A stretch of DNA of 64,000 nucleotides from Spongospora subterranea f. sp. subterranea (Eukaryota): contig JAUGWO010000075.1 of the NCBI GenBank assembly GCA_049724395.1, forward strand, positions 1 through 64,000, written 5' to 3'. Of the stretch, positions 53,561 through 64,000 are shown in pieces. The position numbers were made by a program, and so were the translations under genes. The notes below the pieces were generated by a model that was not told where the DNA came from, did not search any database, and saw only the letters and a list, made by a program, of their open reading frames with translations. The first letter of the stretch is position 1, and each line of letters opens with the position of its first letter.

Positions 53561-55670
53561 ATGTGCGGGATTCTTTGGTACAGCTAATTGTGGCATTAAT
53601 CGTTTTAAGTTTATCAACGCACAGTGTTTCAGTTGCTTCGGATTTCTAACCTGTTTGGGATGTCGCGACAAGGTTTGTCGGATCTTGCTATTCTTCCCCC
53701 CCGAGCGAGGATACTGGTTCGATATCAATGAGCAAATATTCTATCTGATTGGTCCTGATGGAAAATTGGCCTCGCCTATGCACGATAGAGAGCGCCTAAT
53801 TTTACATCATCTCCCAGTATCAGGTACCAAGCGGACGATTGCTACATTCATTATACGGTGTAGTCAGCCTAGGTCAGCGTCTTTCATTACTTTCCTTGCT
53901 TTTCCTGGCCTACCACTATTCCTGTTCTTCTTCGAACATGATCAGTATGTTTCTGTTTCTTAACCTTCTTCGAAATAATCTGGCGATCGTGCTATTTTAA
54001 TTTTTCGAATGATCACTGCTTCTCAGTTTTGTTTTATTGGTGCAGATTCACAATCGTATATTCTCATGGCAATGCGGTATGTATGTTAGATTTCATGTAG
54101 TTTTCATGCAGTTGTTGGTTATTTTCTCAGAAACTTCTGGTTGCAATTGCATTAACATATCTATATGTATTTTGTAACATTATAAGCTCCGACTAGATTT
54201 GCTGATTCGAAGATCTGAAAGTGCTCGATTGGATTCGGTTACGAAGTTTTGCGGTTAAGGCAGTTTTCCAGTCCTCAACACCTTCATCGATATGAACGCG
54301 AAATATTTTTTGTCACTGTTGATTATTCAAAGTCGTCGTTGTTCTGACTAGCAAAAGGATTATTTGATTCGTCAACTATTCAATGCGGCAATTTCACAGA
54401 CCTTTGTTCTGCGAGGGCAGCAGTTTTACTGAGTAGCTAGCAGCTGTAGCTCACAAAGCTGTTGCATCTTTCAGAAATGATTTGTCTTTTGTCGTTCTCT
54501 GTGGTTAATATGGTGGTTGATAGACTGACATCGGATACATGCGTGACCATCTTGTGGATTTATCGCGCCGGCTCAACGTCAGCGTATTCGCTTATGATTA
54601 CACTGGGTACTTTGTCCTTTAAAATCTATATCCGATAAATAACCAATATTTTAGTTATGGACACAGCACGAACCTTCCTAGTGTTGCAGCGCTATATAGT
54701 GACATCGAAGCCAGCGTCCGATATGTCACGGAAGAGTTATCGGTTAAAATGTCATCCATTGTCTTGTACGGCCAATCGTTAGGTATTTTAATCATGGCGC
54801 AACGTTGTTTTTTTGTGGAAATGCATGATGTCGCAACTTTTTTGCAAATTTTTGGTTGCAATTCACTGCCTAACGCCAATGTTTGCATCGGGCGTTAAAC
54901 GGCTCCACTATTCTCAGGCGAATTTTTAGGTACGGCGCCAACTGTATATCTGGCGTCAAAAGAGTTGGGAATAGCCGGTGTCATCTTGCACTCACCTCTC
55001 ATGTCTGCCCTTCGAGTGATGCATCCGGTCAAGAAAACGCATTGGTTTGACATCCTCAAGTAAGTTCAAAGTCATGAATGTTTTTGAAACCTGCCTTAGT
55101 GCATTTGCCTTCCAAAATCTACCTCAGTTCATTCTTCTCCACAATTGTAAAAAATAACGTCTGTATAGCAACGTTGACATCATTTGTGACGTGTCGTCTC
55201 CAATTCTAATTATTCACGGAAAGGAGGATCATGAAGTCCCCTTGCACCACGGAACGGTAAGCCTAATCTTTAGCTTCTTCCCAACCGATAAAGATTGTAA
55301 TTTCGTAACTGTTGGGTTGCAGATGCTATTCGAGAAATCGCAGAAAAAATATCAGCCGTAACACACCCTATATTATATCGTTGGCATGACTATCCATTAT
55401 ATAATTAGGTGGTATGTTGAAGGTGGAGGTCATAATAACATTGAAATCGGTAAAGAAAATGTGCATGAATATTTACCATATTACATATCATTTTCACATT
55501 ATTTGGTTCTTGTTTGATCCGCCTGTTTGTCAATGTTTTACACAAAACTAAAAATTGATGGTCCAATGTATCCAGAACAGCGCGTCATGTATCTCGACAA
55601 AATCAAGGAGTTTCTGGCGTTCTTGGAGATGAATCATTCCACGAATGAAAGAAGCGTAATTCTGTCGTGA
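53561..55670 (+). CDS. ABHD17: ABHD17-family alpha/beta-hydrolase (protein depalmitoylase-like), about 10 exons
   Basis: Spliced N-terminus [29 protein letters not shown] (Cys cluster). Motifs [50 protein letters not shown] and [10 protein letters not shown]. Confidence 0.88.
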
Positions 55671-55763
55671 CGGGACAGCTATGTTTAAGCGTGCAAAATA
55701 ATCAAAATGGTTTCTTAAACTGTTAACTCGGAATTAACATCAGATCACAATACAATATTCCGT

Positions 55764-58326
55764 TTATGGCGGAGATTGGCGACGATGCCGCCAATACTGA
55801 TCTTCGAGACTGGCCATTAGCGAGTTCGTCACTTTGAATCGCGCTGCGCGTTTCAACACCTAACATGTGATCCGTATCAGAAAAATTGAGACAAAACCAG
55901 AATGAAAATGCTCGTAATCCATTGACACAAAAAATAGCCCTAATGGTTCGTTAACGGGGTGAAATGAACCTGATTGATATCGCCGCAAAGCAATGTCGAC
56001 GGCCGGTGTTTCACATCCTGGACAATTGACTCGAAACGCATACTGAGAAGACGCTTCTCAGCCTGCCCCAGGATGCCCAGGGCTACACGCATCACCTGTT
56101 TCCACCCACTCAGCAGAAATAAATCCCAAATTCGTCCAACTGTAAGGCAGTTTAGTTCACAAAAGGTGATGAAAACTTCGGTACACTGTAACAGCTTCAA
56201 AAACCAGAATAAAAACTCGATAGTCACGAAAAAGAACTGTCACTCGAAGGTGACATATACGGAAAAACAATACCTACCAGATTGGCTTCGGAGAACTTAA
56301 CATGTTGCAATGATAAAAAGTAGATTGCAAGTTTTTGTAATTCAAAAGAGGAAAGCCTTGACGTCACTGACATCAAAAGGCGTGCGGAAAACGCGTTAAA
56401 ATCCTCCTACACAGGAGATCACATACCCCAACATTTTGGTTTGGGCCGCAACTCCAACAAAGCAGAACTGAGCACAACCAACTGGATAATCAACAACAAC
56501 GGATAACGATGAACAGGAAAATGTACAAGTTTCGAAAATCAGCATTACCATCGGTAATATCGAAGGTGTAGGTGAACAGCGAAATGAACCATTCCGACGC
56601 ATATAGTTCACCTTCCACGGATTCAGTTGTGAAATGCTTATGAAGATCCTGCGATGTTGCAGAAGTCTTAAAGGAGATTATGCATGATGACAATTCGAGG
56701 TGTACCGGTAAATACATGGCAATCATCTGCTCAAGCTGATAGAGACAGAGGCGCAGGTGCGGTAAGCCAGGAGCAAAGACCCATCTGATAAATGCGAATA
56801 TAAGAATGGAAGTATAACGCAAAGTGCCAAATAAAAAGTAAGTATAAATTGCCGACACCCTAAAACAATTATGCATAGGCCGATATCCTGTGTGTCTGCG
56901 AAAAAGCAATCAAGTAGTTACCGATACTGATAATCGTGCAAGATGATATCCATAAAAGCGAAAGACATCGTCTCCATTGTCTGCGTAAGCAGATACCCAG
57001 CAATATAGTTCATACCCTGGCAATATCCAACCTTGAATTATACATTTTTTAACTGATTGGTTGAAGATGATGTGAAGCGAAACAACCAACATTGGGATCG
57101 ATGATGGCACAGCAAGATAGGACACGACGAAGTGCCTCAGCGCCAGAACCGGTGCGAAACAGATCAGCTTCTGGCAAAGTTCTGAACGATGTTAACGCCT
57201 TGGGTTCGATTAGCGAAGAACCCGATTACCGTGAAATATCGCGACGAATTCGGGCCACGGTATCGTCAACATCAAATGGGTCTTCATCATCGTTCATTAA
57301 TTGCTAACACATTGAAAATTAATAAAACCAGATGAGGTTTGTAAAAATCTTTAAAACTGATGCTGTTCCAATAAGGAAAAGCCGTTACAAATATCGCACC
57401 AGGGAGGGAACGGCAAGAAATAAAACCAACCATGACACCGGATCTGTTATAAAACACTGGTACACAAATGACATATTTGCCAACTTACACAGTACAGATG
57501 CGACGATTGAGCCAGGCGTTCGTTTGCATCTAAGAGGGTGATCCTATAAACAATGTTGAGAATTGAACGAAACAACAGGATGGACAAAATAAATGCATTT
57601 TTTGAAACAAGCAGACTCGTAGGAACTCGCTCATCAATCAACACACCCATTAGACAATGAAACCCAATCTGCCTCAAGGAAATTTGCGAAAAATTCAGCT
57701 TTGATTATAAAAATACATATGTTGAAAAAAATGCCCCCTCGCAACGCAGCTTGAGCTTACCAGTACCGGAAGCGGGAGAGCCCATTTAAATCACCTCTCC
57801 AAACAGCTGCCTTGATGTAGGGTTTATAATGGATTGCGCTACGCCAGACTTCGTTCCACCGGCGACATACCGCCCGCAGTGACAAACATGTCGAAACGTG
57901 AAGATAAGGCAAGACCATGAGCAATAGATCATAATCAAGTCCAAGCAATAAAGGGTCCCTAAGATCATTGCCTAGTCGCAATAAATATTAGCATATCACA
58001 TCATAATGTAAGCGATGGGGAAACCGATTTCATAGAACATAAAAAATTGGGCATAAAATTCATAAAAATGATGCTATCGAAAGCAGCTGACATTGTATGG
58101 CACCGTTCAAGAGTGGTAGTTTGATAGGTCCACGCTGCCGATGGTCCACATATGACGTTGTCGATAAACTGGGTGAGCGACGTACAGGGCGCTTTCTCCG
58201 CTCTTCCTCGCGACGCCACTGATAATACTGGTCGGCAACCAGGGCGGCACCACCGGCTGCCAGCGCGACCGTACCCAGCGCTGCTAAGACAAAACCGGCA
58301 GAGCGATCCACCCCATCACCCGACAT
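55764..58326 (-). CDS. Rab-GAP TBC-domain protein with N-terminal TM helix and F-box-like motif, many exons
   Basis: TM segment FVLAALGTVALAAGGAALVA. F-box-like LLGLDYDLLLMVLPYLHVSTCLSLRAVCRRW. TBC motifs IRRDISRT, GYCQGMNYIAGYLL, YASEWFISLF and RIWDLFL. Confidence 0.85.
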
Positions 58327-58812
58327 TGGACAAATGAACGCAAAGTGCGGGAAGGGGTACCGTACTGTAGTCTGTACCTCAAAGGGAGGGAGGGAGGAAG
58401 GGCAACTTATAATTACAGTACCGATTATACAAGAGACTACAGTACCAATATCGCATACAGTACACATCACTCAACACGACTACAGTCTACAGTCTACAGT
58501 CTACGCAATACCGTAACCGCCACATCATCCAGTCAACGGCTGGAGCAAACGAGTTATGCCGTCACCAACTGCATTTGTGAGTTGGTGGAGCCCGGCAGGA
58601 ACGATCGTCGTTGACAGGTGAGAGAAAAACCGAACGTTTTCTTGGTTTTCAACGCTGCATGCAACGTCGGTCCAACGTTGTGTAATCAGTGATAAACCAT
58701 GCAGATATAACCTGTGGTTTTACAAATGAATGCACTCTGCTGGTGTTTAATTATTTCACGTATTAATTTCAACAGCACTGTCACACGATGGTTGCAGAAG
58801 GGCGTCGAACGC

Positions 58813-59161
58813 TCAATGCCTTTCATGTTTCTGACAATGGTGCTTACACTTTGTGCGGGCAGTGGTGTAAGCACTTGTGTCTGTCCTCCTCCTTATGATC
58901 ATCATGGCCTTTTCCACCATATTTCTCTCCATAGCCTTTACCGCCATGATGGTCACCGCCATGATGGTCGCGGTGATGGCTACAGCTGTGACGACACTTT
59001 TCCAGACATTTCATGCAATGCTTGTTCATGTGGCCTTCGTGTTCCTTCTTTTCATATTCATGTGAGGCGACTGGAGTCTTGCCACCTTCACCATTGTCCG
59101 CATCGACCACGGTGAGAACAACTATTACAAGTACGAGACCAAAGAACACAACGCGCGACAT
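58813..59161 (-). CDS. Small secreted His/Lys/Cys-rich protein (~115 aa after correcting a probable 1-nt insertion)
   Basis: Signal peptide MSRVVFFGLVLVIVVLTVVDA. Cys arrays HCMKCLEKCRHSC and KCLHHCPH(KCKHHCQKHERH*). As assembled the ORF stops at 58844. Confidence 0.7.
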
Positions 59162-59391
59162 GATACAATATGTTTTGAAAGGTATTGATGCGACGCCGAG
59201 TTCGGATTTCGGAAGTTCACTTCCGATCCGATCGGTTGGCAACTTAACACCGACCGACTCGGAGTCAATCCAATCCTGGTCAAAATTTTTGCTCCGAGGC
59301 GTTATGACAGCAAAGTTTACTGAAAAGGCGCGAAGAATACAAGTTTGAGATGATGAAATTTATACAAAATAAAGATATGATAATTGTTTGC

Positions 59392-60525
59392 TTAACGACG
59401 CTTTCTAACGGCGATACGCTTTACGGACCGCAAACGGAGTGACAGAAATGTCGAGATCGACTGAATGGCCGCGAGTTGCTACCAGAACAGCGCTACGAAC
59501 GTACGCCCCTTTTGCCCCTGAAGGCTTCGCTTCCTGAACAGCATCGACGAATTTACTAGAATCACGTTTAGCCATTAACCGAATGATGTCCGAAGAAACA
59601 CGATGACATGGTGCAAACTAAGGAAAAACAACATTGACAAGTACTTTCTTCACGATAACACAAACCAATTGTGAATACGTCAACAAATATATATAATGAA
59701 AAGATATGATATGGAAAAAGGAATGGCGCGAAGCACCGTATGACCGACTTGATATTTTCCTGGATCTGTTCCAAAGTAAAACTACATTTGGCGAGAGGTC
59801 CATGCACGATTCCCTGTTTCTCGGCACGAAATTCGACCTGACCTTGTTTTGCGCTGCGGACGGCCTCGCCAACGTTGCTGCAGATCGTCCCCACTTTGAC
59901 GTTGGGCATGAGACCACGTGGACCAAGAATACGGGCAACTTTTCCAACTACCTGCAGGGAACGGTCAGTAAATACATGATAGCCCGCAGAACAACCATTT
60001 CTGCATTTAATCACCACAGGGCTGTAGAAAATGGGCAAATCGAATAATATGAAATATTCAAAACGTAGAAGCAACGAAAAGCGAAAACACGCAACTTACC
60101 CCAAGCATTTCTGGGGTGCAGATACATTTATCGAATGATATGGCGCCTTCGGTAATTCTGGCAACCAAATCATCATCACCAACGAAGTCGGCGCCAGCTG
60201 ACTTGGCGTCTTCTGCAGCAGGGCCTCGTGCGAACACAGCAACTGCAACTTTTTTACCAAGCCCATTTGGCAGAACAACTGACCCTCTGACGCTCTGGTT
60301 TGGTTTACGAGGATCAACGTTGAGCCTAATGGCGATATTGATTGTCTCATCGTGACAGGATACATTCATAAGCTTGACCTGTTTTACAGTGTAAAATAAC
60401 CAGGAGTTGATGGGATAACACAATAATGTGACCTGTTTGGCCGCCTCATGTAACGATAAACCACTACTAAACAATCGTCGTGACGATGGCGCTCCTAGCT
60501 GTCTCAATACTGGCTGCATTGTCAT
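59392..60525 (-). CDS. Mitochondrial (bacterial-type) ribosomal protein uL1, multi-exon
   Basis: Presequence-like N-terminus RQLGAPSSRRLFSSG. Motifs DETINIAIRLNVDPRKPNQSVRGSVVLPNGLGK, RILGPRGLMPNVKVGT and KPSGAKGAYV. Confidence 0.92.
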
Positions 60526-62080
60526 TTGACACTGTGCTTTCGACAAAAGGGGTCACGGCACTCTCTCCTCACCTGTTGCGTTATCAGCGTATGTTCACTG
60601 GAGTGAACTCAATTCAGACTCAAAATGCCAGAGATCGTGCTCAATACGACACGAAAGATTGGCAGTTTTTTTTTCGCAGTCACTGGAACACGTTTCCACA
60701 TTTACAATAACGTCCATTTTCTAAGCACAAAAATTTGATCTTTCAGTTGCACTGAAACTCGGTTTGATTGTAGCGGCACAGCGCAAAGAGGAAAAAATGG
60801 GATCTCACCAGACTTGACCGTGGTGGACCCCGGAACCTGTTCGCGGATCTATTAGACATTGTATGACACTAACTCATTTTGAAACAGTTTATTGGAGATC
60901 TATGTTGATGGCGGCCGCGATGCCTCGGTTAAACTCATGTTGCGCTTGCATGCATGATGCGGGCCAATAATTTTTGACGACACTGATCCAAGTCGATGTA
61001 ACTGACAGAAAACGCCAATAATACAATTGCTAGAAAAAGGATTCCCGCCTGATCTAGATCCCTTTACAGTGGCGATCAAGACGCTTCGTCCCGAACAATT
61101 CATGTAAAGAATGCGAAATGCGTTAAATTTCAAGAGACCGCCGCCTGCACTGATGTCCTCGATAATGTTGGAGTCGGACTGGATTGGTTCTCCAAACTGC
61201 CTCTGCAAGGAAGTAGCTCCAATCTTGATCCTCTTCGTACGAAGCGAATATACGGTCCTTTGTGTGTCACCCAAATCCGTCGAGCTGTCAGGGCAGATGT
61301 TACATGTATGGAGGTCAAGCAACAACAATCCGCATAAAAAACGCCTGCGGAACCAGGACGATGAAAAAGACGATAAACGTATTTCATTTATTGGACGCAC
61401 GAAATATTCTATGGGTTGACAATATCTTTACGCAGCGTCGGCAATATCCATCATCAAGGGAGAGCGCGACTACATGGACAAATCTCAATCAATTTTTCAT
61501 GGCAATGGCGCCGAGTCCACATTACGCAGTTGGTTCTCAAGTATTTCGATTCAATATCAGTGGAGTGTCGGACACAACAGTTTAGACCCAACGACTGTGC
61601 CATCTGCTTACCATTTTCCATAGTTAAGAGCATTTAGAATTTACCAATTACACCTGTCACTTTCTTCAGTGGTCGCTCTTGTGGCTCGCATTACTCAAGC
61701 AAAATAAATGATGAACTTGACGAGAAAAGAGCGGGACGTTGACCGTTTGAGCTTTAGATTTAGACTATGTTCATCATTCAGAGATAGCAAGCATGCAGAA
61801 TCATTTTTCTCGGCTAAGGCATTCTTTTTGGTCATTTGCTTAGCTCAACTAGTAAACCAACTCTCTTTGAAGAACAAACATTACAGCTGACAAGCTAAAA
61901 ACACTGAATAAGGCATTGTCAACCAGGAACGACCGCATGTCGTACAGTTGGGTGAATGCGTTAGTTGTTAAATTCACCTTGGCCAATACTTCAGGTGGAG
62001 CGATGAGCCTTCCATTGGCAGACAACGGTCTTGTGACAAGGTTGAGCTGATAAAGTTTAATAAAATAGGATTATACTACA

Positions 62081-63836
62081 TCACGATTGTAACTGTGCTC
62101 GAACTGACTCATATGCGAAAAACCCTGCAGCATTGGCGGGAAATGCCCTGGCGGCACATGGTGAGAACCCTTTCCAAAGGCCTATCATTCCCTCGGACTG
62201 TACGACATGTTTCCATGCGTTCAAAAACCCTCCATCAGGAATCCAGCGATGCCTTTGAAATCTTCCTTCGCTGCTCACCTGCAAAATTGACTTGACCAAG
62301 TCCTGCACATAACACATCAAAGACGACAAGAGCAAATTCCGATTCCGTTAACTGAAAAACAATGAAAACAGTGAATGAAAAATTATTGCAATAGTGGGCA
62401 CATGATAGGCCAAACGCTTTGCAAGATAGGATTGAAAAAAAATGTTCAGGTTTGAGCAGCTCAAAATCTTGGAGACTGCACACGCAACAACAGATTTTCA
62501 AATACAAAGGTCCCACCTCTGCGAAACATCAACTGTGTAAAAAAGTGTGACCTGTGGATACGAGACAATCCAGCACGCAATTCCGGCTAAGCCACCGATT
62601 AACAATTGTTCTCCAATCCCGAGTGCCTCTCGTTCCGGACCGGCTAAATATTGTTTCAAATTTTCATACGTGTAGAACTGTTGGTAATATTAATCCTATA
62701 TTATGCACAGCAACTCCAATAAAAACATACTTGAGCCGCATAGCATGGTACTTCGCGAACAATTGTCTATGGGACGGTTTAGCAAGAGTTTAAAAAGATC
62801 CTATCGCAGAATGAAATCCAATTTGTTAAATTGAAACTACATCAACATCAAAACCAGCATAAAGTATCAGGTCAAAACCAACGTAAAGTAAGCATGTCGA
62901 AATAATCGACCAGGATCCTAATCGTACGATCACTGTGTCTGGGAAAGGTCTAGTAACAAAAAAACGAAAATGAGGAAAACGAATCAAACAATTGATGAGG
63001 TCATGCACAATATCGATAACATGCCGTAAGTGGTGGAGAGCGTATTCTATGTTCGGCCGTTAACTCATAAGTTAACGACGTAAATTGTCAATGGATCAAA
63101 ATTGGTATAAATGTCGTTCTTACCGCTGACATTCCCTGGAAAATTCCTCTGACGCCGTCAGTGGCTAAAATCCTTCTGACACAGTCCACAGGGCCTTGGT
63201 ACAATCCAATCCCGCCCATCTGTACTTGTAGACGACATTTTACAAGTTCAATCGGGGATGCAACCGCTAAGAACAGGGGATTTAGGTGGAGTGTGCATTA
63301 TTGGATGTGTCGTTCCAACTTGAGTTGACCAACCCGGCAATGGCGCCAGCCGAGGCGGATTCTGTCGGCGAAAGATCCCTGACGGAGCCGTTCAGAATGG
63401 CAGTTCGCGCCTGGCCAAATGAAGCGAATACTATAGCGTTGAGAAGAGGGACAGCGAGCATTGGCGCTCCCATTCCTATTTGGCAACATCATGTCAAACC
63501 TAGAGAGCTCACTTGACTGCGACTTGCACCTTTATACAAACTGAAAACGCCCTAATAGGAATCAGAAAGGAAACTGTACAGCCTTTCAAACTAACCTCAC
63601 TCATGATTACATCCGCAAATCGCTTCAACACGGAACGGGCGCTGGAGGTTGGTGCGACCTGCATTCGAACCTGGCATTATAATATTAGACCCGAACGGCG
63701 GCGGCGGCAAAGGTTATGCCTTCATCAGGTCGAAAGGATGCCCGACGACGAGGATCGCAAATCCGGCAGCGGTCCCCGCGAGAAGTTCCTGAGTCATTGA
63801 CGGATTGGATTGAGGTTGAGAGGTCATGGGGTCCAT
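62081..63836 (-). CDS. Mitochondrial carrier, carnitine/acylcarnitine or basic-amino-acid carrier subfamily (SLC25A20/29/45-like), many exons
   Basis: Three signature motifs: GHPFDLMKVRMQ, SPIELVKCRLQ and YPQDLVKSILQ. Also GMGAPMLAV...NAIVF and RAFPANAAGF. Confidence 0.9.
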
Positions 63837-64000
63837 GACCAAAGACAATGATGCCTAATCGGTCTGAAGCCGATCGATGTGGCCAAACTGGCAATTGGCC
63901 ACAGCACAATACAAGAATGGAACAGTGGGCGGGGCCTTATCACCTTATGACAATGGCCACACCCACACCAATTCAACCCAAACTCACAGTTGATCCACCG

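Noticed and set aside
53196..53649. ORFs with SLSLSL / ERERER tracts
   Set aside because: They are translations of the (CT)n microsatellite; the real gene most plausibly starts at ATG 53561.

Overview
This is eukaryotic nuclear DNA: gene-dense (about 21 protein genes in 64 kb), with many short GT-AG introns and short intergenic gaps. The gene content includes a peroxisomal SKL enzyme, a mitochondrial carrier, mitochondrial uL1, BRX1, KAE1, THG1 and a flagellar PGPGxY protein. That content and the compact intron style point to a flagellated protist; a plasmodiophorid/Rhizaria such as Spongospora is my unverified guess. The most unusual element is 1-11389, the 3' part of a giant intronless surface-protein gene. 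It has six essentially identical 1125-bp (375-aa) Ser/Thr/Gly-rich repeats, then diverged repeat copies, a 6-blade NHL propeller and 6-7 IPT/TIG domains. About 20 kb downstream is a TMEM260 homolog, from the family that O-mannosylates IPT domains in animals. Other notable items are an intron-rich prokaryote-type dCTP deaminase with a dead 5' paralog fragment directly upstream and a YghU-type GST with a presequence. There is also a membrane-anchored double-SET protein, a TM-F-box-TBC fusion and a small secreted His/Cys-rich CxxxC protein. Two different tandem arrays sit between BRX1 and KAE1, and there are relics of a Tc1/mariner-like transposase and a PIF1/Helitron helicase. Several frameshifts fall in homopolymer runs and look like assembly errors. 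All family assignments are by motif recognition, not database search, and exon boundaries are approximate.
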